Source: Edaphobacter aggregans (GTDB taxonomy: Bacteria; Acidobacteriota; Terriglobia; Terriglobales; Acidobacteriaceae). Taken from it: a DNA stretch of 32,000 bases. The translations under genes and the position numbers were made by a program. Position 1 is the first letter of the stretch. Every line of letters begins with the position of its first letter. The notes below the pieces were generated by a model. That model was given only the letters and a program-made list of their open reading frames with translations. It made no database searches and was not told the DNA's origin. The DNA lies in contig NZ_RSDW01000001.1 in assembly GCF_003945235.1 (NCBI RefSeq), positions 1,080,001-1,112,000 of the forward strand. The letters are read 5' to 3'. Positions 15,740 to 25,221 of the stretch are shown one piece after another.

Positions 15740-16114
15740 ATGGCACAAGAGTCCCACCTCGTTTTATGCGTGGATGACGAACTGGTCGGCCTTCGGGTTC
15801 GAAAGATACTGCTCGAACGCGCCGGCTACAGGGTTCTGACTGCGCTGGACGGGGCGGCCGGGCTGGATCTGTTCGCCAGCGAGCCGGTTGAGGCCGTAAT
15901 CCTGGACTACTCCATGCCCGGCATGCATGGCGGCGAGGTTGCGGCCAGGATGCGTCAGGTTAAGCCGGAAATTCCCATTCTTTTGCTGTCCGCCTACATC
16001 GGTCTTCCTGCTGAGGTTACTTCGCTGGTTGATCTTTATATGACCAAAGGTGAGGGTGCGCCCATTCTTTTGAAGAAGTTAGGCAGCCTGCTTCATCCGA
16101 TAAATGCATCTTAG
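15740..16114 (+). CDS. single-domain CheY-like response regulator receiver
   Basis: The track ORF starts at TTG 15722; ATG 15740 follows GAGAGG. Receiver motifs: ..LVLCVDDE.., ..AVILDYSMPGMHG.., ..LLLSAY.., and K in MTKG. No output domain. Confidence 0.85.
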   Translation: MAQESHLVLCVDDELVGLRVRKILLERAGYRVLTALDGAAGLDLFASEPVEAVILDYSMPGMHGGEVAARMRQVKPEIPILLLSAYIGLPAEVTSLVDLYMTKGEGAPILLKKLGSLLHPINAS

Positions 16115-16135
16115 CGAGAGGACGAAGACGGGGCC

Positions 16136-17929
16136 GTGAACCTAAGTCAATTCAATCGCATCCTGCTCCAGGTGTTTCTGCTGCCTGTCATAGCGCTGTT
16201 GCTGGTGGCCGGCGCTCTGTATTACCAGATCCGAGCGGCCAATATGACGGTGAATCGCATTCAGGAGGCAGATGCGTTTATCTCCCAGACGACCCTGGTC
16301 GGAAAGCTGACTATCGATGAAGAGTCCGGGCTGCGCGGCTACGAGACCACTTTGGATACTCGTTTTCTGCAGCCTTTCGTGGATGCAGAGGCACGGCTGC
16401 AGAACGAGTTCCAAAGGCTGGAGCAGATGGCAGGAGACGCGGAACAGAAGCGGCTTATTTCGGATCTCCGGAGCAAGCATCAGACCTGGCGAGATGCCTT
16501 TGCTCTGCCTGTTATTGCTACCGTTCGCGCCGGCGGAAAGACCAGCGATGTGGACCTGAACCTACAAGGGAAATCCCTGATGGATGATGTGCGCGAAGAC
16601 ATCGTCGCGATTATCCAAAGTGCGGGAAGGCATCGGTCGGAGCGCATCGCTCTATGGCATCAGCAGGTACACCACATGCTGGTGGTGCTACTGCTTCTCG
16701 CCCTTGGGATGGGTGTGCTTATTGGTCTGTTTACGCGGAGCCGTCTGCATGCCGTCTCGAACGCTTATAAGACCTCGCTGGACGTGCTCAAGCGCAGAGC
16801 TGAGGAGATCTTCGAGTCGGAACAGAAGCTGCGAACCACGCTGGACTCGATTGGCGATGGCGTGATCACATGCGACGCCGATGGCAGAATCCAGATGATG
16901 AATCCGGTTGCGCAAGATCTGACAGGGTGGAAGCAGGCAGAGGCTAACGGACTGCCGCTTGAGGACGTCTTCCGCATCGTCCACGAGACGACCCGCAAAC
17001 CGATTGAAAATCCGGTCGCAAAGATGAAACGGCTCAACAGCATCATCGACCTGGCCGACCATACGGTTCTGGTTCGCAAGAATGGAGCGGAGCTTCGCAT
17101 CGCCGATAGCGGCGCGCCGATCCGTGACCAGACGGGCGGCACGGTAGGCATGGTGCTGGTCTTCCGCGATATCACGATGGAGCGCCGGACACAGGAGGCA
17201 TTGCTGGCAAGTGAAAAGCTCGCAGTTGCGGGGCGGCTGGCAGCTACGATCGCGCATGAGATCCACAACCCGCTGGACTCGGTGTCGAACCTGCTTTACC
17301 TCATGCGGACGGGGGCGACGGAAGATGAGTCAAAGCAGTTTATGGATATGGCCGAGCAGGAGCTGACGCGCGTTACCCAGATCAGCCGCGCCATGCTTGG
17401 CCTGTATCGAGAGTCCAAGGCGCCGGTGCTTGTGGACCTTAGGGAGATGATGCAGGAGATTCTTCTGCTGATGGAACACCGGTTCAGCGAACTTCGTGTG
17501 ACGGTGCATACCGATCTGCCGTCTGTGGTTACGGTCGATGCCTTTCCTGCGGAGCTACGGCAGGTCTTCACGAATCTCATCACTAACGCGGCGGAGGCTA
17601 CCAGTCCGGGCGGCGATGTGCGGATCAGCATCTCAGCTCTTGCGCCGGGCGTCGGTGCGAACGGGCAGAGGATGCAGGCTGGGGCATTGATTGCCATCGC
17701 AGACAACGGGCCAGGGATTCCTGACGATGTTCGGCCGCATCTATTTCAGCCTTTCTTCACGACCAAAGGCGAACGCGGCACTGGGCTAGGCTTGTGGGTT
17801 AGCCGCGGCATCATCAACAAGCATGGCGGCACGATCGACCTGGCCAGCGACGTTGGCGACTCTTCGCACGGCACTGTCGTCAGTGTCTTCCTTGCATCCA
17901 AGCCGATTATTAGCGCCGGTAGCGCGTAA
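16136..17929 (+). CDS. CHASE3-PAS sensor histidine kinase
   Basis: 597-aa ORF with GTG start. It has an N-terminal TM segment plus a CHASE3-like region (..ESGLRGYETTLDTRFLQPF..), a second TM segment, a PAS region (..LDSIGDGVITCDADGRI..), H-box IAHEIHNPL, and HATPase motifs (NLITNAAEA, DNGPGI, GTGLGLWV). Confidence 0.9.
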   Translation: MNLSQFNRILLQVFLLPVIALLLVAGALYYQIRAANMTVNRIQEADAFISQTTLVGKLTIDEESGLRGYETTLDTRFLQPFVDAEARLQNEFQRLEQMAGDAEQKRLISDLRSKHQTWRDAFALPVIATVRAGGKTSDVDLNLQGKSLMDDVREDIVAIIQSAGRHRSERIALWHQQVHHMLVVLLLLALGMGVLIGLFTRSRLHAVSNAYKTSLDVLKRRAEEIFESEQKLRTTLDSIGDGVITCDADGRIQMMNPVAQDLTGWKQAEANGLPLEDVFRIVHETTRKPIENPVAKMKRLNSIIDLADHTVLVRKNGAELRIADSGAPIRDQTGGTVGMVLVFRDITMERRTQEALLASEKLAVAGRLAATIAHEIHNPLDSVSNLLYLMRTGATEDESKQFMDMAEQELTRVTQISRAMLGLYRESKAPVLVDLREMMQEILLLMEHRFSELRVTVHTDLPSVVTVDAFPAELRQVFTNLITNAAEATSPGGDVRISISALAPGVGANGQRMQAGALIAIADNGPGIPDDVRPHLFQPFFTTKGERGTGLGLWVSRGIINKHGGTIDLASDVGDSSHGTVVSVFLASKPIISAGSA

Positions 17930-17931
17930 GG

Positions 17932-18960
17932 CTAAAAGGAACGCAACAACGCAACGATGATGGAAGCCGCTTCTTCGCAGGCGGATCGATCGACGTCGTA
18001 GTGCGTCACGAAGCGTACCGAATGTGGGCCGACAGAGCTTGCGAGTACTCCCTTCTGCTTGAGTGCATCACAGAAGGCCGAAGCATCGCCGTTGTTACGG
18101 AGGGTGAAGATGACGATGTTGGTCTGGACTGCGTCCAGGTCGATCTCTGCCGTTGAATCAGCGGCTATGGCTTCCGCTATAAGGCGGGCGTTGGCGTGAT
18201 CGTCCCCGAGACGAGCCAGCATCTCTTTCAGCGCGATCAGTCCGGCAGCGGCAAGGACGCCTGCCTGACGCATGCCTCCGCCAAGTGCTTTGCGGAAGAT
18301 GCGTGCGCGGTCGATCGCTTCCCTGCTGCCGACCAACATGGAGCCTACGGGCGCGCCCAGGCCCTTCGATAGGCAGAACATTACCGTGTCGAACCCGCGA
18401 GTGAGTTCTGCGACTCCGATGCCAAGCGCGGTGGCTGCGTTGAAGACTCGTGCGCCGTCAAGATGTACCGGGAGGCCGGCGTCGCGGGCGCCGGTCCAGA
18501 TTTCCTCGAGGATTGGGAGCGGCGTTACGGTACCTCCGGCCATGTTGTGCGTGTTCTCGATGCAGATGAGGCCGGTTTGGGCGCGGTAGTAGATCTTCGC
18601 TCCGATGGCTGGTTTGATTTGTGACCAGGTGAGGATGCCGCGTTCGCCTGCAACGGTGCGGGCCTGACAGCCGGAGAAGGCAGCGGTCATGGCCATCTCC
18701 CAGTCGAGAATGTGCGAGCGGGCTTCGCAGATGACCTCCTGGCCGTGCTCGGTGTGGAGGCGAATGGCGATCTGGTTGCCCATGGTTCCGGTGGGGACAA
18801 AGATCGCGGCCTCCCTGCCGAAGATCGTGGCGGCCTCCTGTTCGAGCCGGTTGACGGTGGGGTCTTCGCTGTAGACGTCGTCGCCAACTTCGGCTGCGGC
18901 CATGGCCTGACGCATGGCTGGGGTCGGTTGGGTAACGGTGTCGCTGCGTAGATCGATCAT
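17932..18960 (-). CDS. ltaE: low-specificity L-threonine aldolase
   Basis: Begins MIDLRSDTVTQPTPAMRQAM..DDVYSEDPTVN.., with the PLP-lysine region FCLSKGLGAPVGS. The track ORF extends to 19044 and overlaps the hemW-like gene. ATG 18960 has GAGGAG about 13 nt upstream. Confidence 0.9.
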   Translation of the reverse strand: MIDLRSDTVTQPTPAMRQAMAAAEVGDDVYSEDPTVNRLEQEAATIFGREAAIFVPTGTMGNQIAIRLHTEHGQEVICEARSHILDWEMAMTAAFSGCQARTVAGERGILTWSQIKPAIGAKIYYRAQTGLICIENTHNMAGGTVTPLPILEEIWTGARDAGLPVHLDGARVFNAATALGIGVAELTRGFDTVMFCLSKGLGAPVGSMLVGSREAIDRARIFRKALGGGMRQAGVLAAAGLIALKEMLARLGDDHANARLIAEAIAADSTAEIDLDAVQTNIVIFTLRNNGDASAFCDALKQKGVLASSVGPHSVRFVTHYDVDRSACEEAASIIVALLRSF

Positions 18961-19003
18961 GTGGCTGATTTGCTCCTCAGTTCTAGGGTTGAAGGTTGTG
19001 TCG

Positions 19004-20230
19004 CTATGCTGCCGCTGAGACAAGTACGCGGCTGAAGACCTCATTCGAGACCATTCGTCCGCGTGGAGTCAGGCGAATTCTTTCTGCATCTATTTCGAGG
19101 AGACCGGCGTCGTGTACTTCCTGCAATGATTCCATCGTATCTTGCAGCATTGTCTCGCCGAACTGCTGGCGGAGACTTTCGATGCTGACACCCTCGTTCA
19201 ATCGCAGGCCGAGGAAGAGGGACTCTTCGAAGGCTTCGGTGTAGCCGATGATGTCTACTTCGTTTGCGTTCGCGAGTTTTGCGAGTTGGTGCAAGCAGGG
19301 CGGATTCGCTGTGGTGGTTTGGTTGAGATAGACGTCCAGATCGCTTGTGTTTGCAAACCTTACTGCGGCCTCGTTGGAGAGGAGCATAGAGTGTGCGTCG
19401 AGACCGAATCCGATATAAGGCTCGCGATGCCAATACTTCAGGTTGTGGCGCGATGCGTGGCCGTGTCGGGCGAAGTTTGAGATCTCATACTGCGCGATGC
19501 CGGCTGCGTCGAAGGCTTCGCAGGCGATCTGGTACCAGACGGCCGCGTCATCTTCGGAGGGGACGGCTGATGCGTGGTAGCGTGCTCCGCCAGCGAGAAT
19601 CTCCTTGCCTAGGCGCGACTCTTCGTCCACTTCCAGCATGTAGACGCTGAGGTGAGGGACTCCAGTGGCGATGGCCTGATCGAGTGAGTATCGCCAGCTT
19701 TGTTCGGTCTGGTGCGGCAGGCCTGCAATTAGATCGAGGCCGATTTCTTCGATGCCGACAGATCGCACACGGGCTATCTCCGCGATGCACTGCTCGGCGG
19801 TATGCAGGCGACCGACTGCGGAGGACTCACGGTCGACGAACGACTGGACTCCGAAGCTGATGCGGTTCATGCCCTGGCGGAGTAGCTCGTCAAGCGTATC
19901 GTTGGCCAACTGTCCGGGGGCGCACTCGAGTGTGATCTCTGGATTGCGGGCGACTTCGAATTGGTCGTGCAGGGCTTCGAATATCTGCCGGAATTGTTCT
20001 GGTGTGAGGAGGCTTGGGGTTCCTCCGCCGAAGTAGATTGAGTCGACCTGGTGCGGCAGGATAGCACTCATCTTTTCGGCTGATGGCCGCGACTCTCGGA
20101 TCTCCATGCATAGGCGGTCGACGTAGCCCTGCATCCGACCGGAGCCAAAAGCATCGGACGCGAAGTTGCAGAATGTGCACTTTGCCTTGCAGAACGGCAC
20201 CGAGATGTAGACACCGGCAGGGGTGGTCAC
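19004..20230 (-). CDS. hemW: radical SAM HemN-family protein (HemW-like haem chaperone / coproporphyrinogen oxidase-like)
   Basis: 408-aa ORF. N-terminal YISVPFCKAKCTFCNF carries the CxxxCxxC radical-SAM cluster motif, followed by ..IYFGGGTPS.. and a HemN_C-like tail. Confidence 0.85.
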   Translation of the reverse strand: MTTPAGVYISVPFCKAKCTFCNFASDAFGSGRMQGYVDRLCMEIRESRPSAEKMSAILPHQVDSIYFGGGTPSLLTPEQFRQIFEALHDQFEVARNPEITLECAPGQLANDTLDELLRQGMNRISFGVQSFVDRESSAVGRLHTAEQCIAEIARVRSVGIEEIGLDLIAGLPHQTEQSWRYSLDQAIATGVPHLSVYMLEVDEESRLGKEILAGGARYHASAVPSEDDAAVWYQIACEAFDAAGIAQYEISNFARHGHASRHNLKYWHREPYIGFGLDAHSMLLSNEAAVRFANTSDLDVYLNQTTTANPPCLHQLAKLANANEVDIIGYTEAFEESLFLGLRLNEGVSIESLRQQFGETMLQDTMESLQEVHDAGLLEIDAERIRLTPRGRMVSNEVFSRVLVSAAA

Positions 20231-20394
20231 GCTAAGAAAGCCTCAAAGATTATTGTTTCACGGGGATTCACTTTGTTCACTTCCGCCATTCGTCACTATG
20301 TATGCGATTAAATGTGACGTAGCTTCCGCGCTGGCGTCTAAAGGTACCAGAATGAAGAGTTGAGAAAGCCTACGGAAAGGAACAAGGCTACGTC

Positions 20395-21246
20395 ATGATT
20401 TCAATCCTTCGTCTTCGCCCTTTCGCCTCCCCCGCACTGATCACGTTGTTTGCCCTTCCATACCCAACGCTCGCGCAAACTACAGGGCAGCCAGCGCAGG
20501 GAAAGACGCCTGTTCTGGTTGAGCTATTTACATCCGAGGGCTGCTCCAGCTGTCCGCCTGCGGATGCCTTGCTGGGTCGGCTCGAACGTGAGCAGCCGGT
20601 GAGCAATGCCGACATTATTGTTCTGGAGGAACATGTCGATTATTGGGAAAAGGACGGCTGGCATGACCGATTTTCTTCAAGCGAGTACACCGAGCGCCAG
20701 AAGGAGTATGGACCTCGACTGAAGTTTGATGACGGCTATACTCCGCAGATGGTCGTCGACGGATCGGTGCAGTTCGTTGGCAACGACCCGCAGAAGGCCC
20801 TGACGAGCATCACAGAGGCCGCACAAAGTCCGAAGGTCGCGCTTTCGCTCTCGGCGCCGGTGGTGGACGGCAAGCGGATTGGCTGCTCGGTGTCGTCTGT
20901 CTCGTCTTCGCCGCTCCCCAAGGCCGATCTCTACGCTGCTGTCGTCGAGCCGACCGCCTCGACCGAGGTAAAGCGTGGGGAGAACAACGGGCGGCATCTG
21001 GATCATGTGGGCGTCGTGCTCTCGCTCCAGCGTATCGGTAAGTTACAGGATCTGGGCTCCGGACCGCTTAAATTCAACTTGAAGGCGCCGGCCGATGCCG
21101 CTCCGGAGAGCCTGCGAGTGGTTGTCTTTGCCCAAGGCCCTAAACAAGGACCGATCCTCGGAGCGGCATCTGTCCTGGCGAAACATAACGAAACAATAGT
21201 TGCAGTGGAGGGGGAATCCCAGCTGCGACTGGAGCATCTAGAATAG
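20395..21246 (+). CDS. secreted DUF1223-family protein
   Basis: 283-aa ORF with a signal peptide and the hallmark ..VLVELFTSEGCSSCPPAD.., followed by ..HVDYWEKDGWHDRFSS.. and ..TPQMVVDG... Confidence 0.85.
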   Translation: MISILRLRPFASPALITLFALPYPTLAQTTGQPAQGKTPVLVELFTSEGCSSCPPADALLGRLEREQPVSNADIIVLEEHVDYWEKDGWHDRFSSSEYTERQKEYGPRLKFDDGYTPQMVVDGSVQFVGNDPQKALTSITEAAQSPKVALSLSAPVVDGKRIGCSVSSVSSSPLPKADLYAAVVEPTASTEVKRGENNGRHLDHVGVVLSLQRIGKLQDLGSGPLKFNLKAPADAAPESLRVVVFAQGPKQGPILGAASVLAKHNETIVAVEGESQLRLEHLE

Positions 21247-21252
21247 AAGTAG

Positions 21253-23223
21253 ATGGCCGATCAGAAAAAAGCTAAGGATTCCGAGAAGGAGCCTGCTAAA
21301 AAGCCGCCGCAGGACGACGATGTCGTCGGCAAGGCTTATGATGGCCGGCTCATGCGTCGTCTGCTGATATATCTGCGGCCCTACAAGCTTCAGACTATCC
21401 TTTCGGCGTTCGCCATCTTCTTCAAGGCCGGTAGCGACGTTCTTGGGCCTTATCTCGTAAAGGTCGCGGTCGATACGTACATGACTGATGCGACCCCGGC
21501 GAAGTTGTCGTGGCTGGCACGCCACCTCAGCCCGACACCGATAACTGGTATCACACAGATTGCGGCGCTCTATCTCGGCGCGCTGCTGCTGACTTTTGCG
21601 CTCGAGTTCATGCAGACGTATCTGATGCAGTGGACTGGTCAGAAGATCATGTTCGACCTGCGCAGTCAGATCTTTCGGCATTTGCAGCGGATGCATCCTG
21701 CGTTCTTCGATCACAATCCTGTCGGTAAGCTGGTGACGCGGGTTACTTCGGATGTGGATGCGCTGAACGAGATGTTTACGTCAGGGGTGCTAGCCATCTT
21801 TGAGGATGTCTTTGTGCTGGCGTTCATCGTGATCATCATGCTGCGGATGAACTGGCCGCTTGCGCTGCTCACGATCTCGGTTATCCCGGCCATACTCTAT
21901 GTAACGAGGATCTTTCGCAGGCATGTGCGGGATAGCTATCGGCGACAGCGTGCTGCTACGGCGCACATCAACTCCTTTACACAGGAGTATGTGTCGGGGA
22001 TGTCTGTTGTGCAGCTGTTCAATCGCGAGCGAAGAGCTTTCAATGACTTCTCTGCCGTCAACGCTCAGAACAAGAAGGCGTGGGGCGATGCTATTTTTGC
22101 GTACGCACTCTATTATCCGATTGTGGAGTTTCTCAGCTCGACTGCGATGGCGCTGGTTATCTGGCGAGGCGGGTACAGCGTGCTGCATCGCGCGGTGACG
22201 CTGGGAGTGCTGATTGCTTTTATGCAGTATGCGCAGAGATTTTTCCGGCCTATCCAGGACCTGAGCGAGAAGTACAACATCCTGCAGGCCGCCATGGCCG
22301 CGAGTGAACGCGTCTTTAAGCTGCTGGACTCGGAGCCGGCTATTCTTTCTCCTGCGCGGCCGGTTGGTGGCGATGGCTCGGGCCGCGTCGAGTTCCGGAA
22401 TGTCTGGTTTACCTATCAGAAGCTCGACGATGCGCAACGTGCCCGCATTGCTGCGGCTTCCGACGATGAATTGAATAGTTACGCCGATATCGAGTGGATA
22501 CTGCGCGGTGTCAACTTCACCATTGAGCCTGATGAGACTGCCGCCATCGTCGGCCATACTGGTGCGGGTAAGACCACGATTACTGGGCTAATGATGCGGT
22601 TTTACGATATTCAGCGTGGGGCGATCTTCGTTGATGGCGTGGACGTCCGCGAGCAGGATTTACAGCAGCTTCGTCGGCGCTTTGGGGTCGTGCTACAGGA
22701 TCCTTTCCTCTTTACTGGCACGATTGCCGATAATATCCGGCTGGGATCCTCGTGGATTACGGACGCACGGCTTCAGCGTGCTGCGGATGAGGTGAATGTC
22801 GGTGACTTCATCCGAACACTGCCGCTACAGTTTGCTGAACCTGTCCGCGAGCGTGGGGCAACGCTTTCGACGGGGCAGAAGCAGCTCATCAGCTTTGCGC
22901 GCGCGCTGGCGCATGATCCGGGGATTTTAATTCTCGACGAGGCTACGTCGTCGGTCGATACGGATACAGAACTTCGCGTGCGGCTTGCTCTTTCGCGCAT
23001 GATTACGGGCCGGACTTCAGTGCTCATCGCGCATCGGCTCTCGACGATTCAACGGGCCGATACGATTCTTGTGATGCACAAGGGGCAGCTTCGCGAACGG
23101 GGGACGCATCAACAGTTGCTCGCTCAGCGGGGACTGTACTGGAAACTTTATCAACTGCAATACAAGGATCAGGAGCTTGGCACGGATACGACCGTGTCAC
23201 TACAGCCGCTTAGCGCTGACTAG
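21253..23223 (+). CDS. MsbA/MdlB-like ABC exporter (fused permease and ATPase)
   Basis: 656-aa ORF starting 6 nt after the DUF1223 stop. It has a six-helix TMD. NBD motifs: GHTGAGKTT (Walker A), LSTGQKQLISFARAL (signature), ILILDEATSSVD (Walker B), and H in IAHRLST. Confidence 0.9.
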   Translation: MADQKKAKDSEKEPAKKPPQDDDVVGKAYDGRLMRRLLIYLRPYKLQTILSAFAIFFKAGSDVLGPYLVKVAVDTYMTDATPAKLSWLARHLSPTPITGITQIAALYLGALLLTFALEFMQTYLMQWTGQKIMFDLRSQIFRHLQRMHPAFFDHNPVGKLVTRVTSDVDALNEMFTSGVLAIFEDVFVLAFIVIIMLRMNWPLALLTISVIPAILYVTRIFRRHVRDSYRRQRAATAHINSFTQEYVSGMSVVQLFNRERRAFNDFSAVNAQNKKAWGDAIFAYALYYPIVEFLSSTAMALVIWRGGYSVLHRAVTLGVLIAFMQYAQRFFRPIQDLSEKYNILQAAMAASERVFKLLDSEPAILSPARPVGGDGSGRVEFRNVWFTYQKLDDAQRARIAAASDDELNSYADIEWILRGVNFTIEPDETAAIVGHTGAGKTTITGLMMRFYDIQRGAIFVDGVDVREQDLQQLRRRFGVVLQDPFLFTGTIADNIRLGSSWITDARLQRAADEVNVGDFIRTLPLQFAEPVRERGATLSTGQKQLISFARALAHDPGILILDEATSSVDTDTELRVRLALSRMITGRTSVLIAHRLSTIQRADTILVMHKGQLRERGTHQQLLAQRGLYWKLYQLQYKDQELGTDTTVSLQPLSAD

Positions 23224-23887
23224 TCTCCGCCATGCGTAGCGCATCTTCGACCAATTTTCTGACACGCTTCTCGCGGGCCTCGGGGCTTTGGTAATAAAAG
23301 ACGCCAAGGAGGTGTCCGCGTCGCTGTGTTAAGGTCATCGCCTCCCAGCCCTTGCGCGCGGCAGGAGTTCCACGGAATGCTACTTCGAGAATCGGCGGGA
23401 GGACTTTTTCGCTCTCCATTGTCAGCATGAGGCGTTCGGCCATTTGTTCTACGCGTCGCTGCCTTGCTTCGGGGCTCTTTACGCCTTCGATCCATTTGCC
23501 GATCTCCCAGCGGGTAGACTCGCTGAGTCCGGTGAACCATCTTGCTAATGCCTTTTCCGTCTTCAGTAGCTTTGCGAGCTCTGGTGGCATTGCAGGCGAA
23601 CGCTCTTCAAGGTCAGGAGCGATGCTGAAGTCCACCATTGCACCAACTCTTGCTGCGGCGGCCTTCTGCATCTTTTTGTTGACGAGAAGAAAGTGGCCGC
23701 CGCGGTGTGAATCTGCAAAGAGGGATGTGCGGAAGGCCTCGCCGCCGACCTCTACCTTAACGCGCAGCCGCACCATGTTCTTCCATGTCGTCTGGACATC
23801 GAACGGAAGGCGGATGATCACCCAGCCCAAGCCACCCTCTAATGGTTCCAGCATTGCGCGGAATCGTTTTGCCGCATTTCCTGCCAT
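23210..23887 (-). CDS. DUF1905 / YdeI-OmpD-associated family protein
   Basis: The coding-like part of track ORF 23210..24418 begins at ATG 23887: MAGNAAKRFRAMLEPLEGGLGWVIIRLPFDV... (DUF1905-like), with a YdeI-like C-terminal half (..WIEGVKSPEARQRRVEQ..). The upstream 177 codons are antisense to lpxB and low-complexity. The 3' end overlaps the convergent ABC gene by 14 nt. Confidence 0.8.
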   Translation of the reverse strand: MAGNAAKRFRAMLEPLEGGLGWVIIRLPFDVQTTWKNMVRLRVKVEVGGEAFRTSLFADSHRGGHFLLVNKKMQKAAAARVGAMVDFSIAPDLEERSPAMPPELAKLLKTEKALARWFTGLSESTRWEIGKWIEGVKSPEARQRRVEQMAERLMLTMESEKVLPPILEVAFRGTPAARKGWEAMTLTQRRGHLLGVFYYQSPEAREKRVRKLVEDALRMAETSQR

Positions 23888-24055
23888 GCAATCGCCTCGA
23901 GAAAAATCTACACTGGTTCTATCGGGACCACATCCAATCCGCGAATCTTCCTCTCCGCCGGTGAAGCCAGTGGTGACCATTATGGCGCGCAGATCATTGC
24001 TGAACTGCGTGGGCGCCATCCGCAGGCGGAGTTTTTTGGCCTTGGCGGCCGGGAG

Positions 24056-25177
24056 ATGGCGGAGGCTGGGCTTGACCGGGTGGTGCGCGCGGAAGATGTG
24101 GCGCACATGGGCATCACAGAGGTCATCCGGCATGCGCCGCGTGTCTATGGTTCCTATCGGCGCCTGGTCGCTTCGATTCGGGAGCGACGTCCTGATGTAG
24201 CTGTTCTGATTGATTTTCCTGATGTGAATTTTCGACTGGCCCGTGAATTGAAAAAGCTTGATGTTCCAGTTGTTTATTTTGTCAGCCCGCAGCTTTGGGC
24301 CTGGAAGCGTAAGCGGCTGCGCTGGGTGCAGGAGCGGGTTAGCCGGATGATGGTTATTTTTCCGTTTGAGGAGCGTTTCTACCGAGCGCGTGGGGTGGAT
24401 GCGGCTTTTGTTGGGCATCCGCTTGCGGAGCTGCCGCTACCGACCGTGTCTCGGGAAGACTACGCAGTGGAGCAGGGGCTTGATACCACGAAGCAGTGGG
24501 TTGCGCTGTTGCCCGGATCGCGCTCCAAAGAGGTACGTGCCAATCTGCCGGTTATGCTTGATGGTGCGTCCTGCCTCGCCGATGATTACGAGTTCCTATT
24601 GCCGGTGGCCTCCACGCTGGATGTGGACTGGATAAAAGCCCAGATTAAGCATTGGTTGTCACCCTACGAGCGCAACACGCCGCCAGCGCTGTCCAACCTC
24701 CATCTTGTTCCCGACGCTCGCGAGGCGCTGCACCATGCCAGTGCTTCCGTTGTGGCGAGCGGGACGGCTACAGTGCAGGCTGCGGTCATCGGTAATCCGT
24801 TTGTGGTCGTGTACCGGGTGTCTCCGCTGACCTTTAGGCTTGCGAAGCAGCTTGTCCGGTATCCGGCTGAGATTCCCGCGCAGGAGGACGTCTACGGCAA
24901 TCTGCCTATCGCCATGGTCAACCTTATTGCTGGACGGCGAGTGGTGTCGGAGCTGATTCAGCAGCAGTTTACGGCTGCCGGGGTCGCCGACGCGCTACGT
25001 CCCCTGCTCGCCGACACGTCTGAGCGCGCCCGGATGATTGCTGATCTGGCCGAAGTCCGCCGGATGCTGGTGCCTCCGGGTGGTTCCGGCTCTATCCGGC
25101 GGGTTTGCGACGCGGTTGAAGCTTTGATGGGGCAGGAGATACCCCGGAGTGGCCGAATTCCGATCCCCAGCGTCTAA
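24056..25177 (+). CDS. lpxB: lipid-A-disaccharide synthase LpxB (true start probably upstream, about 23891-23945, on a non-canonical codon)
   Basis: Motifs: ..VLIDFPDVNFRLA..VVYFVSPQLWAWKRKR..MMVIFPFEERFY..FVGHPL... The first ATG (24056) cuts off the conserved N-terminus, RIFLSAGEASGDHYGAQIIAELR..FFGLGGREM, which I read in-frame at 23942-24055. See the finding. Confidence 0.9.
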   Translation: MAEAGLDRVVRAEDVAHMGITEVIRHAPRVYGSYRRLVASIRERRPDVAVLIDFPDVNFRLARELKKLDVPVVYFVSPQLWAWKRKRLRWVQERVSRMMVIFPFEERFYRARGVDAAFVGHPLAELPLPTVSREDYAVEQGLDTTKQWVALLPGSRSKEVRANLPVMLDGASCLADDYEFLLPVASTLDVDWIKAQIKHWLSPYERNTPPALSNLHLVPDAREALHHASASVVASGTATVQAAVIGNPFVVVYRVSPLTFRLAKQLVRYPAEIPAQEDVYGNLPIAMVNLIAGRRVVSELIQQQFTAAGVADALRPLLADTSERARMIADLAEVRRMLVPPGGSGSIRRVCDAVEALMGQEIPRSGRIPIPSV

Positions 25178-25221
25178 TAGGCTGACGGCAGTACCATAGT
25201 CATTTGAGGACCTTTGCCCGT

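Noticed and set aside
17927-17934. Convergent genes with almost no spacer (kinase stop 17929 and ltaE stop 17932), and a 14-nt convergent overlap at 23210-23223
   Set aside because: The arrangement is real but common in compact genomes. There is no additional sequence feature to interpret.
23888-24418. Upstream 177 codons of track ORF 23210..24418, and the 282-aa plus-strand ORF 23352..24200
   Set aside because: The first is antisense to lpxB and the second is antisense to the ydeI-like gene. Both are low-complexity. The recognisable DUF1905/YdeI sequence starts at ATG 23887.
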